A stretch of 63,512 bases of DNA, counting the filler, from Octopus bimaculoides (lineage: Eukaryota): the NCBI RefSeq assembly GCF_001194135.2. It is 4 parts of 3 records of this genome, joined end to end, with 100 filler letters (N's around TTAATTAATTAA, not from the genome) between each part and the next. Parts side by side here need not be neighbours in the genome. Positions count along the whole stretch, not along the records: positions 26,887 to 50,511 come from NC_068981.1; 3 more parts are not named here. One strand, given 5' to 3'. Position 1 is the stretch's first letter. Every line of letters starts with the position of its first letter. Below the pieces are notes generated by a model that saw nothing but the letters and a program-made list of their open reading frames with translations, did not search any database and had not been told where the DNA came from. Below, in pieces: positions 26,843 through 40,342 of the stretch. The position numbers and the translations under genes were made by a program.

Positions 26843-26916
26843 NNNNNNNNNNNNNNNNNNNNNNNNNNNNNNNNNNNNNNNNNNNNATATATATATATAT
26901 ATATATATACGAATAT

Positions 26917-27064
26917 ACGACGGGCTTCCTCCAGTTTCCTTCTACCAAATCCACTCACAAGGTTTTAAGCAGGAGACACTCGCCCAAGACGCCACGCAGT
27001 AAGACTGAACCTGGAACCATGTGGTTGGGAAGCAAATGTCCTACTACACAGTCATGCCTGCGCC
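26917..27064 (-). mobile_element. Family A SINE 5' half, antisense, near the start of PKC intron 1
   Basis: Reverse complement of the head and CORE of 2921-3080. Confidence 0.75.
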
Positions 27065-27971
27065 TACTATATATACACTCTATAATAATCAAGGATAAAA
27101 TGTATATAGGATTTTATCAAGTAGCTAGCATGTAAAAACCAATCTAGGTAAAAATTAATACAAAGTATTTAATTTTATAAATATAATTATAAAATTATAA
27201 GGGCAAATACCGAGTAATGCCACATGTGTGTGTGTGTGTGTCTGAAAATAGAGACAAAGATGCACGTAAAATACTTATTACATATCAATATCTGTTTGTC
27301 ACTTTGTGTGTGTGCGCGCGTGTGTAAACAAGAAAATTCCGTTAAAGGAAATATAACAGTAGTCCCTTCAACAGTTTGTGCCAATGATATCGGATAAATA
27401 ATTACCAAAATATGACATAACGATAATTGAATTATGGAATACGTCAATGGTCGCTTCCAATTTCAATCTTATAATATATTATTATAATGTTTGCTATGCA
27501 TGGAAATGATAATATAAATAGGATGAATTACGTACAATCGGATACGCAGTAATTGATACAGGAAGAAATTTTTAATATATAATCATTTCTACGATAGGAA
27601 CAGGACATGAAATTTTTGGGGAGGGGCTAGTTGATTGCATACTTATTTTATCGGCCACGAAAGATAAATTGGAAAGTCGACCTTGGCGAAATTTGAACAC
27701 AGAACGAACGAAATGCTGTCGGGCATTTTGCCCCTCGTGCCAACGATTTTGCCGACGCGCCGCTTTTAATACAAGATATATATAACGACTATAAATTGTT
27801 ATCTTCGTTCTCTAATTGGTGATAGCAAGTATCGTACCGTTGCTGGTGCTGCCTGGTAGATTTGTGGTATATGTTATCAGTTGTCGACAATAACTGTCAA
27901 TCATCGTCAGCGAGTGGATACGACAGTGGTTGTGAACAAATTTTGTCACTAGTCATCGAATACGTCCAATA

Positions 27972-28192
27972 TACAAGGCCGTGCTGAAAAGTTCCTGGTT
28001 TTAAGGGTGTCACGAAAGACCTGGTTCAAGGCCCAACATTCCGAGTTCGTTTATAGGGCTTAGAAAAACTGACGGAACACTGCAATAAGTGCGTGAATCT
28101 GCGAGGAGAATACCTCGAATAAAATCATAATTAATTGATACTCTTCTATTTTCTTTTACACAAAGCCAGGAATTCTTCAGCACCCCTCCTAT
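27972..28192 (+). mobile_element. Mariner-derived MITE, copy 1
   Basis: TA-bounded TIRs (gtgctgaaaagttcctgg / ccaggaattcttcagcac); the interior keeps the transposase C-terminal remnant 'NKCVNLRGE'. Confidence 0.75.
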
Positions 28193-28779
28193 ATAGATAC
28201 ATACATACATACATACATACATACATACATACATACATACATACATACGTACATACGTACGAACAAACATACATACATACATACGTACGCACAAACGTAC
28301 GTACATACATACATATAATATACATATATGCACACATACATATCTACTACATATGTGGGAAATTCTGTCTTTGGGTGTGTTTGTGGAGTTGTTAGCTAGC
28401 CCCAACATCGTTTTATCGATTTTGATGAAACTTGACACGTAGAACTCCTGTCTGGAAACCTCATGGCATACTCAGATTGTTGAAAAATTCGATAATAGGA
28501 ACCCCTGGAAGGGATCCTTATATATAGCCAAGGGAAATAACCCATTCATTTTCCTAAAAATGAAATTGAGTATGCTTATTTTTTAGTATTTCAACTGTTA
28601 GAGTTATTTTCGCAATTTATTTTGTTTCAGGGAAAGTTGAAAGTTTACCTGCAATTTGGGTCTCAGCCATAAACCAGCATGTCTCGGAATATTTACACTT
28701 ACATCCCCGAAATAGATTTTCAGAATTTACCATATAAAAATGATATTTGAAAAAATGGCGTTTCTTTTGCGGTTCAATG

Positions 28780-28863
<84 letters not shown>

Positions 28864-28911
28864 TATGTATGTATGTATGTATGCATGTATGTATATATAT
28901 ATATATATATG

Positions 28912-29156
28912 TACGAGGGGTGTTGAAAAAGTTCCTCGCCTTAAGGGTATCGCAAAAGGCCAGGTTGGAGGCCCAAGCTATTGAGTCCTTTTACAGAGCT
29001 TAGGAAAAAATGAAGGACTGCTACAATAAGTGTGTGAATCTGAGGAGAATTCGTTGAATAAAATCATCATTAACTTGTATTTTCTCTTGTTATACAAGGG
29101 AAAACTCTTGTATTTTCTCTTAACCAAAGCCAGGAAATTTTTAGCATCCCCTTGTA
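28912..29156 (+). mobile_element. Mariner-derived MITE, copy 2
   Basis: tacgaggggtgttgaaaaagttcct...aggaaatttttagcatccccttgta; remnant FYRA*EKMKDCYNKCVNLR. Confidence 0.75.
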
Positions 29157-29159
29157 TGT

Positions 29160-30460
29160 CAGGTCGGCAATGGTGTAGGGCAATCAGGTATTAGAAATTG
29201 ATTGTGGTGTCGTTTCTTTTGATCCTTATATGTTTGAATCAAGCACTGCGCTGAACCGAGTTTCTTTGTAATTATAACACGCATCAATTTTGTTTTGTTA
29301 ATCCCTGACCAAGTCCGATCGTCCACTTTTAAATTATTTGAACCTTTTGTCGCTTTGCGCTCCATTTGATCATGATTTGGCGACACTGATTTTCCATCCA
29401 ATGCTGGAAATAATGCAGAACGAAATGAGAATAAAAGTTGATGGGCTTTCTACAAATGAATGATTTTTCATGATATGCATTCCGATATTTCTTGTTTGAA
29501 CATTTAAACAAAACGCTCTGCTTCACCGTTTGAAGCCGAATGAAATACAAGTGACGTCAAATAGTGAATGCCAATTTGATTACCAAATTGTTTAAATCTA
29601 AATGACGTGAGTTCCGTTGTTAGATATAATTCTTTCGGATTGTTTTCGCTGGTGGGAATTTTATAGGTTATTATTAAGAATGTTTTGTTAGTAGTTGTTA
29701 ATGATGTCAATGAAAAATATGGAAATTTCGAGAACGAATAATTGATAATAATCACATTTTATTGTAAATTGGTCCGGTGAATGTTCCTTATGTTCTGGTT
29801 GTTTTGTCTTGTTTTCCAAGTGTATTAGCAACTGATTGATAATTCGGCATGATTTGTTTTCACAGCCGACTGCCATGAGCGTATCTATATCAAATTGTAC
29901 TGTCGTCTTGTAGCAATATCTACGAACCATTTGTTACATTCTGACCAAATCACAATGAACTTCATGGAGTTGAAGCAGAAATTTATTTTGTGATATTTTC
30001 GGAATAATTACTCTTGGAAAATTGAACTGCTAAACTAATAAATTATTGTGTTAATTACATCACGTATTTTATTTTAACCAATACTCTTTTCAATATTTTT
30101 TTCCAGTCGACTATTTTCGATGAATTGTTTAATACAAATAATATTGATAGCAGACTTTATGGCTCACCCAATTTCTTTAGTAGCAATCGGCATTTTATCG
30201 AAACTTTCATCAACAATTTGTTATCCAGAGTATGATTCTTATGATTTTCATCAAAATCATAAACGTATCCGACTGGCAGTCTTGATAACGCATCAGCATT
30301 TTGTGTTGCGTCGAAGCGTTATACCACACTCTATAACGCCAATGACATGACCAAACGCTAAAATCACTATGACGAAAGTACCGGTATATTTTTATCCGGT
30401 TGGAATATGTGAATTATTATCTTGTAATCGGTGATAAATTGTAATATCTTTATACAAATT
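29160..30460 (-). pseudogene. Decayed Gypsy/Ty3 LTR-retrotransposon pol fragment (RNase H end and integrase)
   Basis: Minus-strand motifs in the expected order: ITDYKIIIHIFQPDKNIPV (about 30437-30380), NADALSRLP (about 30300-30273), GIHYLTSLVFHSASNGEAERFV (about 29575-29507); stops and frameshifts. Confidence 0.75.
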
Positions 30461-31540
30461 GATTAAAATTACCGAAAGTAATAGATAACCCCACTTTTAT
30501 CTATTTTCCAATATCCCTGTTGACATGCATTCAGTATTTCAGAAGAGTAAGTCAGTCTTTTGGCATCAGAATCATATATGATTAAGGACAGTACGTTGTG
30601 TCATTGCTACATCGGACAAATTCGACGACATTAGTTGTTCATGTCACAATCGGACTCGTGTTCCACTTCTGACACCATCTGTTGTAGCAACATAGGAATC
30701 TAAAAATTTCAGCTTTAGAGCTTATATTGTTACAAAAAATAAGAATATTATGTTGGGATTTTTAAACAGAATAATCCTTCCATAAATCAATATTTATACC
30801 TGAAATATTACAGTCAACATAGAAACACCTTATAGCATTGCTGCATACATATAGAAAACGTACCACTTATATAGAGAGTGTATATACAGCAACAACACGA
30901 CCAGCAGTAGAAGCTACAAGAACATGTCAAACAAAAAAGATTGAAAACACACCAGCAGTAAGAAATTGTGCATACCAACCGCCTGTACCACTATAGCAAC
31001 AAACTGTGGCATCATGAACACAATCATCATATCACTACGATGGTGACAACGAATATACTAACAACACTAGTAGAAGCAGTGAAAACACACACAACAAAAA
31101 TATTTCTTTTACCAAGTTTACTAACGTTTTGGACCTTATCTATATAGGCAAAAAAGCATGAGCGTTTAGAAAAGGTGATGAAACACATCAACAGACAAGA
31201 ACAGAGAAAAGTTACGCTTAACATTCTACAAAACATTTTGAACAAAACAGAAATGAAAACAATCTTATACTGAGGCTTATCGACGACGGCTCACAAATTA
31301 GAGCGTATACATTCAGACCAAACTGAACTCGTATAAGAAACATTTGCCCAGGCATTAAGTTTGTGTGACATGCCTATAAGTTTGGATATATATACTAGTT
31401 ATTTTTCCCCTCGAAAACTCTTGCCTAGAAGCACCCTGTTGTTCTACAGAAAATTAAGGGCTTTACACTGATATCGATTTACTTGGAACAGGGAGAGATC
31501 TGAGTAAAAACCTCGAACCAGACGTCTGGTTGGAGGGGGA

Positions 31541-31678
31541 ATGTGTGGTTTTGGAGGATCCTGGCGTACGGTTAGAAATAAAAACATGGAACTGGCCCTC
31601 CTCGGCTTTCACCGCAAAGATATGTTTTACGGCGAAGGTGACGGTGGGGAGTTTCAATGTCAAGAAGTCGTTAATAAA
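31541..31678 (+). CDS. Candidate alternative first exon within PKC intron 1 (MELALLGFHRKDMFYGEGDGGEFQCQEVVNK; ATG at 31586, in-frame upstream ATG at 31541)
   Basis: Context AAAAACATGG, open frame to AAA|GTAAGA (donor 31679), phase 0 like exon 1, CpG-retaining non-repetitive sequence. No homology recognised. Confidence 0.35.
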
Positions 31679-32239
31679 GTAAGAAATGAAAACAAACAAA
31701 AACACGCCAGCGAAAACAACCAGGAGATAGGAATGAATGAGAGAAGTGTTTTTGAATAACAATGCACTGACACCACCACCAACATCAGTACTATCAATAT
31801 CATCATCCCCATTTCGTCTACCAACACTAACAGTGACTACCTGTACAGCCAGAATTATAACCTAATTCAAACATATATCAATACTCAGAACAGGCATTCC
31901 TCAGTTCAGTAAAGATCACTCTAATCTGACTACAGTGCTTTAGCACCTTTTTCTTTTCATCGAAAGTTTTTTCTTCACGATAAACTTCAGCGGAAAACTT
32001 TTATAGGTTAAAACGTTACTCAAACAAAGCTTAAGTTTGTGTATATGTATGTATGTATGTATGTAAGAATGTATGTATGTATGCATGTATTGTTTGTAGA
32101 AAACATAAATCCGAAAGATTTTGAGGGAATATGATGATACGCCATAAAGCTAAACCCTTTACGGACGGGAAACCTATGGTAAACCCATCGACCGGCTCCC
32201 CTATTTTTAATATATGTGTGTGTGTGTGCGTGTGTGTGC

Positions 32240-32270
<31 letters not shown>

Positions 32271-32317
32271 NNNNNNNNNNCGTGTGTGTGTGTGTGTGCG
32301 TGCGTGTGTGTGCGTGC

Positions 32318-32353
<36 letters not shown>

Positions 32354-32551
32354 TAATACTCTGATACTTTGATAGGTTTCGGTCAGTATTGGCCCAGGTT
32401 ATGTCTAAATAGCACCACTTGGCAAAGTTATTCAAATCAGGAATCGGACATCATGGCCCACTCGAGGAGAGTTACTGTTTGCAGACATATCCGGATGTAG
32501 GAGGTTTATCCGGGATGTTTTGAAGGAATTTTTCCAAAGACTTCTTGAACT

Positions 32552-32584
<33 letters not shown>

Positions 32585-34173
32585 NNNNNNNNNNNNNNNN
32601 NNNNNNNNNNNNNNNNNNNNNNNNNNNNNNNNNNNNNNNNNNNNNNNNNNNNNNNNNNNNNNNNNNNNNNNNNNNNNNNNNNNNNNNNNNNNNNNNNNNN
32701 NNNNNNNNNNNNNNNNNNNNNNNNNNNNNNNNNNNNNNNNNNNNNNNNNNNNNNNNNNNNNNNNNNNNNNNNNNNNNNNNNNNNNNNNNNNNNNNNNNNN
32801 NNNNNNNNNNNNNNNNNNNNNNNNNNNNNNNNNNNNNNNNNNNNNNNNNNNNNNNNNNNNNNNNNNNNNNNNNNNNNNNNNNNNNNNNNNNNNNNNNNNN
32901 NNNNNNNNNNNNNNNNNNNNNNNNNNNNNNNNNNNNNNNNNNNNNNNNNNNNNNNNNNNNNNNNNNNNNNNNNNNNNNNNNNNNNNNNNNNNNNNNNNNN
33001 NNNNNNNNNNNNNNNNNNNNNNNNNNNNNNNNNNNNNNNNNNNNNNNNNNNNNNNNNNNNNNNNNNNNNNNNNNNNNNNNNNNNNNNNNNNNNNNNNNNN
33101 NNNNNNNNNNNNNNNNNNNNNNNNNNNNNNNNNNNNNNNNNNNNNNNNNNNNNNNNNNNNNNNNNNNNNNNNNNNNNNNNNNNNNNNNNNNNNNNNNNNN
33201 NNNNNNNNNNNNNNNNNNNNNNNNNNNNNNNNNNNNNNNNNNNNNNNNNNNNNNNNNNNNNNNNNNNNNNNNNNNNNNNNNNNNNNNNNNNNNNNNNNNN
33301 NNNNNNNNNNNNNNNNNNNNNNTGTGTGTGTGTGTGTGTGTACATATATATATATATATCAGAATATACTACACTTCGAAGAACTGTATGAAGTTTGTTA
33401 GGGTCATAGCTTGTAAATGATTGTGGTTCACTTTTAATTTATTAGTCTTTTTTTATCAACTACCAAATTTAAGGCTAGAGGACAGTGTCTGATTAGAGTG
33501 GATAGACAACCGGGGTGGGTTTGCTTTGATTACATCCACGTAATACAGCGGTCCAGCGAAAGACACCAATCGAATATGTACCTGAATTAGAAAAATAAGT
33601 ACTAGGGTTGGTTTGTGCGTGTAGTAAACCCTTCAAGGCAGTGCTCCGACATGGCCGCAGTCCAATGACTGAAATGAGCTAAAACGTAATTTCTAAAATA
33701 TAAAGGAACAAAACTAAAGTTTTCTCATGAAGATTCATTTGTTTCTGGGACAATATGATGTTGTAGTGGCTGTCACAGTTGTTTATTTATTTATTTATTT
33801 TTCTATTTGTTTATTTAAGTACTTAAGATGAGCGTGGGATTTTACAACTACCAATATTTCTGTTTGCAGGATTTCTATTCCATTTATTTATTTATTTGTT
33901 TATTTATTTATTTGTTTATTTATTTATTCATTCATTTATTTATTATTTGTTTGTTTGTTTGTTTATTTTCTGCTAAGTGGTTTGAAATTATCATTCCAAT
34001 CAATTTACCACAGCTTAGTTTCAATTGCCCCCGACTCCTATCAGCTTTATGGAGGTCAATTTCTAGGAACAGAAATACATGCTTCTATGTAATTTCGTAA
34101 TGTCTAATTTTCTTTGTTATATTTATTTTAATTTTAATTTGTTTTAGAAACAGGGTGAGAGAAAGAGATTGGG

Positions 34174-34450
34174 AGATGGCGAGAGAGAGAGAGAGATGAC
34201 GAGAGAGAGATGACGAGAGAGAGATGACGAGAGAGAGATGACGAGAGAGAGATGACGAGAGAGAGAGAGATGACGAGAGAGAGAGAGATGACGAGAGAGA
34301 GATGACGAGAGAGAGAGAGATGACGAGAGAGAGNNNNNNNNNNATGACGAGAGAGAGAGAGAGAGAGAGAGATGACGAGAGAGAAAGAGAGAGAGATGAC
34401 GAGAGAGAAAGAGAGAGAGATGACGAGAGAGAAAGAGAGAGAGATGACGA
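34174..34450 (+). repeat. (GA)n-ATGAC compound minisatellite
   Basis: Repeated gagagagagatgac with variable GA number. Confidence 0.9.
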
Positions 34451-34859
34451 GAGAGAAAGAAAGAGAGAGAGAGTGACAGAGACTGAAGAATTCTATAATC
34501 CCATTATCTCTCTCCCTTACTTATGATCTAAAAAGAAAGTCTCATTTCGATATTGTGCGCCATGTCAGTGTCATTTTTTCTTTTTTTCTTTTTTTTTTCG
34601 GTTATTGGACTGCTACCATTGCTGTGGGATGCCGACTGGGCAGGTTTAGTCAAAAAAGTCAACCTCATGTGGAAGATGAGTTCTAATATGTATGCATATA
34701 CATCGCAGAAAATAATGGGTGTGCATATGTTTCCGTGTCAGTGAGTATCTAATGTGTGAATATGTCTGATTTATGCGTTTAAATCTCTTTATGTATACAC
34801 CTCTCTCATTCTCGTTATATTTGCATTCATGAATGTGTGCGTGTGTGTATATGTGTGTG

Positions 34860-35095
34860 TGTGTACGACGAATGCGCAAATACAAGAAAAACGCAAGAAG
34901 TTTAACAAAGGTGTTATTAGTATAACACTTGAAAGAAAAGGGAAAAATGAGTGTAATGTTTCGGATGCTAGTCCTTCATCAGAAAAACGAAAAAGGTAGA
35001 TGGGTGGTAGTAAGAAACGAAAATATAAGAAATTGAAGGGCGAGATAGGAATGCGATTTTCTGGGAACGAGAGAATGAGGTGGGATGATATATAG
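34860..35095 (-). mobile_element. Penelope-like element end with decayed hammerhead core
   Basis: Minus strand CTGATGA-A-GGA(CTAGCA)TCC-GAAAC-ATT at 34982-34955; flanked by (CA)/(GA) microsatellites; shares a downstream motif with the element at 63-262. Confidence 0.45.
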
Positions 35096-35128
35096 TAAAT
35101 ACCTACACACACACTCACACACACACAC

Positions 35129-35184
<56 letters not shown>

Positions 35185-36006
35185 NNNNNNNNNNNNNNNN
35201 NNNNNNNNNNNNNNNNNNNNNNNNNNNNNNNNNNNNNNNNNNNNNNNNNNNNNNNNNNNNNNNNNNNNNNNNNNNNNNNNNNNNNNNNNNNNNNNNNNNN
35301 NNNNNNNNNNNNNNNNNNNNNNNNNNNNNNNNNNNNNNNNNNNNNNNNNNNNNNNNNNNNNNNNNNNNNNNNNNNNNNNNNNNNNNNNNNNNNNNNNNNN
35401 NNNNNNNNNNNNNNNNNNNNNNNNNNNNNNNNNNNNNNNNNNNNNNNNNNNNNNNNNNNNNNNNNNNNNNNNNNNNNNNNNNNNNNNNNNNNNNNNNNNN
35501 NNNNNNNNNNNNNNNNNNNNNNNNNNNNNNNNNNNNNNNNNNNNNNNNNNNNNNNNNNNNNNNNNNNNNNNNNNNNNNNNNNNNNNNNNNNNNNNNNNNN
35601 NNNNNNNNNNNNNNNNNNNNNNNNNNNNNNNNNNNNNNNNNNNNNNNNNNNNNNNNNNNNNNNNNNNNNNNNNNNNNNNNNNNNNNNNNNNNNNNNNNNN
35701 NNNNNNNNNNNNNNNNNNNNNNNNNNNNNNNNNNNNNNNNNNNNNNNNNNNNNNNNNNNNNNNNNNNNNNNNNNNNNNNNNNNNNNNNNNNNNNNNNNNN
35801 NNNNNNNNNNNNNNNNNNNNNNNNNNNNNNNNNNNNNNNNNNNNNNNNNNNNNNNNNNNNNNNNNNNNNNNNNNNNNNNNNNNNNNNNNNNNNNNNNNNN
35901 NNNNNNNNNNNNNNNNNNNNNNNNNNNNNNNNNNNNNNNNNNNNNNNNNNNNNNNNNNNNNNNNNNNNNNNNNNNNNNNNNNNNNNNNNNNNNNNNNNNN
36001 NNNNNN

Positions 36007-36041
<35 letters not shown>

Positions 36042-36509
36042 CTTACATGTATGTATATATATACATGTATGTATATATATATATATACAAGTATGTATGT
36101 ATATACATATATACATACATATACATATATAGGCATAGACATAGATACACATACTCACACGCACACATACACAAGTGTATAAACATACATATGTACATGC
36201 ATTCACATATATTTAGACTTCTATATGTGTGTGTGTATGTATGTATGTATGTGCCTATGTATGTACGTATGTATGCACGTATGTATGCATGTATGTATGT
36301 ATGTATGTATGTATGTATGTATGGTTTCACACGGTCGGTTGACCATCTGGCTGTGCTGTTAACGGATGGAGGATTTTGAGATCGAGCAGTTGAACCATAA
36401 AATTCATGCGGATTACAGACAACCTTAACTGACCGTAATCTCTTCATCAGAAGCTGCAACAACAGCAGTAGCAGTAACAGCAGCAGTAGCAACAACAACA
36501 ACAACGACG

Positions 36510-36546
<37 letters not shown>

Positions 36547-36710
36547 CGGTAAGGCAAAGTTAAGAACAACACTAACACAGAACTGCCAGCAGTAACATCA
36601 ATAGAATATGAAATAATATTAAGTTCTTTTAAAACTCAACGTTAAGATAAAGTTGGACATAGTTTTCAAATGGAAAGTAGCTCGCATAAATCTTATTATA
36701 ATGTCTATAT

Positions 36711-37200
36711 GGAAGAAGAAGAAGAAGAAGAAGAAGAAGAAGAAGAAGAAGAAGAAGAAGAAGAAGAAGAAGAAGAAGAAGAAGAAGAANNNNNNNNNNN
36801 NNNNNNNNNNNNNNNNNNNNNNNNNNNNNNNNNNNNNNNNNNNNNNNNNNNNNNNNNNNNNNNNNNNNNNNNNNNNNNNNNNNNNNNNNNNNNNNNNNNN
36901 NNNNNNNNNNNNNNNNNNNNNNNNNNNNNNNNNNNNNNNNNNNNNNNNNNNNNNNNNNNNNNNNNNNNNNNNNNNNNNNNNNNNNNNNNNNNNNNNNNNN
37001 NGAAGGAGAAGGAGGAGGAGGAGGAGACGAAGAAGAAGAAGAAGAAGAAGAAGAAGAAGGAGGAGGAGGAGGAGGAGGAGAAGAAGAAGAAGAAGAAGAA
37101 GAAGAAGAAGAAGAAGAAGAAGAAGAAGAAGAAGAAGAAGAAGAAGAAGAAGAAGAAGAAGAAGAAGCACAACAACAGCAACAACGACGACGACGACGAC
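36711..37200 (+). repeat. (GAA)n/(GAG)n microsatellite spanning a gap
   Basis: Direct reading. Confidence 0.95.
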
Positions 37201-37817
37201 AAAGACGGCAACAAATGCGAACAGACTATTAACGACAAACGGGAAGTAAGAATTTTGAGACAAGATTAGGAGCGAAAGGATATAAAGTGTAAAAAAAAGG
37301 GGGAATAGAAAAATTTAAAACTATCTTATTTAAAGAAACCTACTTTTATCCTCCATTTCTTTCTGCGTTAATCTTCATCTTTTTATTATTCTTTGTCTCA
37401 TTCCGATTGTTGATGTTGTTGTTGTTGTTGTAGTTTCCTATACGTACAACAGATTAAATTGTTAGCGAAGAAAAATTCCTAATTTCAGGCTACAACAAGT
37501 AACTTTGGGTGCCGACAACCTTCCTGAATCTCCTAGCTGTCCCTAATAACACTGTTTTCTGGAAAGGCAGTAAACTAGCTTTTATGTCTATATCCTCAAT
37601 CGATCTGTTCAAATATTTAGGGATAGTTCATAACGCACCTATAACTACATTTTAGCCGCACTTTTTATAACCTCTATAACTCAATGGCTAAGTCCTGGTA
37701 CTTTGCTATTTTCTCTATGCCATTTACATTGACTTTCTCATAATTTGAAATTGTAAAGTCAATTTTCTGGCACTTTCTGTTCCCTTTATCTACTACTACT
37801 AAATCTTCTAGCTTCAC

Positions 37818-37862
<45 letters not shown>

Positions 37863-38008
37863 GTGAGAGAGGAATGCATGCCATCAAAGTGACACTGGGG
37901 TAAGATATACGAAGCCCAATATACCCATCATGACTACAGGTCTGATAAGGGTACACCAGGCACATACATCACAACCATATATGCGCGACATGGTGATCTC
38001 ATATCAAG
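37863..38008 (-). mobile_element. Repeat abutting (ATT)n; second partial copy at about 44016-44066
   Basis: 'gtgagag...gcatgccatcaaagtgacactggggta...atatacga' follows an (ATT)n tract at both loci. Confidence 0.6.
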
Positions 38009-39440
38009 ATAAACAGGTGGGGGCCCAGGGGAAGAGGAGAAAATAAAAAGAAAAAGGAAACAATGCACTTAAATAGAACAGACAGGAAATCCTTGGCTCT
38101 GTATAATACTCCAACCAGGTAAATCCAATAGTCAGGGTTCTTCTCGTTTGTACACCAGCTTAGATAAACTCCACAGGGTAAAATCCACAGGGTAAAATCC
38201 ACAGGATACAACTTTTTCCGGCGAAACACGCCCACCAGAATGCATAGGTTATTTGGCGAAAAAACGCCACACAGAATTTTACTCAAAAAAAAGTTTTCAA
38301 CAAAATTCTCAGTCTCTCGTTATGGCGGCTTGAACACGCCCATCAATAACGAGGAACACAATATTTTTGCTAGCTAAAGTGGGCTACAATTTAAAGCCGC
38401 TAAGGCAGACGAAATTGCCCCAGAGCTAGGCAGGAACTTAATGAAAAAAACATAAATTTGCTGACTGGACTTCTACACAAGCCCGACTCAATAAAGAGAC
38501 ATATTTCATCCAAAAATACAAAGCTGAACTAAACACCAATTCATTTTAATTGTATTACTAATTGTCACTTGATTNNNNNNNNNNNNNNNNNNNNNNNNNN
38601 NNNNNNNNNNNNNNNNNNNNNNNNNNNNNNNNNNNNNNNNNNNNNNNNNNNNNNNNNNNNNNNNNNNNNNNNNNNNNNNNNNNNNNNNNNNNNNNNNNNN
38701 NNNNNNNNNNNNNNNNNNNNNNNNNNNNNNNNNNNNNNNNNNNNNNNNNNNNNNNNNNNNNNNNNNNNNNNNNNNNNNNNNNNNNNNNNNNNNNNNNNNN
38801 NNNNNNNNNNNNNNNNNNNNNNNNNNNNNNNNNNNNNNNNNNNNNNNNNNNNNNNNNNNNNNNNNNNNNNNNNNNNNNNNNNNNNNNNNNNNNNNNNNNN
38901 NNNNNNNNNNNNNNNNNNNNNNNNNNNNNNNNNNNNNNNNNNNNNNNNNNNNNNNNNNNNNNNNNNNNNNNNNNNNNNNNNNNNNNNNNNNNNNNNNNNN
39001 NNNNNNNNNNNNNNNNNNNNNNNNNNNNNNNNNNNNNNNNNNNNNNNNNNNNNNNNNNNNNNNNNNNNNNNNNNNNNNNNNNNNNNNNNNNNNNNNNNNN
39101 NNNNNNNNNNNNNNNNNNNNNNNNNNNNNNNNNNNNNNNNNNNNNNNNNNNNNNNNNNNNNNNNNNNNNNNNNNNNNNNNNNNNNNNNNNNNNNNNNNNN
39201 NNNNNNNGTGTGTGTGTGTGTGTGTGCGTGTGTGTGTTTGTATTTGTGTGTGTGTGTCCCCAACATCACTTGACACCCGATGCTGATGTGTTTACGTCCC
39301 TGAAACTTAGCGGTTCGGCAAAAGAGACGGATAGAATAAGTACTAGACTTATTAGTACTTGGCCGCACCCAAAATGACTGAAACAAGTAAAAGAATAAAA
39401 GAAAAAAGAATAATGTAAAGGACAAAAAAATAATGAAAAT

Positions 39441-39608
39441 TCACAGCAACAATGCTCTTCTCAATACTTGTGACGTACCAGTTAATACAATTTTTTGCAT
39501 TTCCTGCATGGATGGTAATCCAAGGATCATTCTCAAATAATTTTCCGTTCCTTTTTTGATCATTCCAAGTGCCCCTACAGTCACTGGTATTGTAACCGTC
39601 TTGAGTTC
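39441..39608 (-). pseudogene. R4/Dong-like non-LTR retrotransposon C-terminal fragment 1
   Basis: ELKTVTIPVTVGALGMIKKGTENYLRMILGLPSMQEMQKIVLTGTSQVLRRALLL*, the typical end of RLE-type ORFs (PVVIGALG...QKxxLxGTxxILRxxL). Confidence 0.75.
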
Positions 39609-40275
39609 TATCTTGGCTCCAACTACTGTGTGGTACTATTAAATGTTGTTTAGTTTCGACTTTTGTCTTGTACTGGAGATAATCGTAAATATGTGAGGGT
39701 TGAAGGGAATAGTAGGAGAAAGAGAAGCAGCTTGGTGAATAGACCAAATTTCATGGGTCTGTAAATAGGTTTGGAAGATGGTGAGGGGATCAATAATGGG
39801 GCTTCGCATTCCTGTGCGATCAAGGGACAAAAGAAGCATCACTCCATTGGGGAGGGGGTCAGCTGAGGTCAAATGTGTTTACTACTACGAGCGATCAATG
39901 AGAGCGCTGACCTTGGCCTTGGAAAGAACCAATTCACCGTTGAACTTTTGAATTTTTGGATTTTTTAAGATAAATTTTCCTTTTCTTTTTATAGGTTTTG
40001 CTGTGGCTTACAGTTTTCGTAATTGTGCAGTTTGTATATATTGGCAGGTACTTAATTTTATCTTAAATCTTTGACGTGCATTTAATTTGTTGCAATAAAA
40101 GGCATGTTTACTTATTCGAGTAGTCAAGGAGGAAAAGAAGGGTAAAATTTTCACAGAAAATTGTAGATGCTAAAGATTTTAAAATTTTCTAAAGATGATC
40201 GTTTGTATGTCCGAACAGAGAAAACTGTAGTATTCTTGCAATAAAAAGGGTGCATTATTATTACCATCATCATCA

Positions 40276-40342
<67 letters not shown>

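Noticed and set aside
31463-31762. Antisense 99-aa ORF overlapping the candidate alternative exon
   Set aside because: TTG start, no acceptor or donor support, no recognisable homology.
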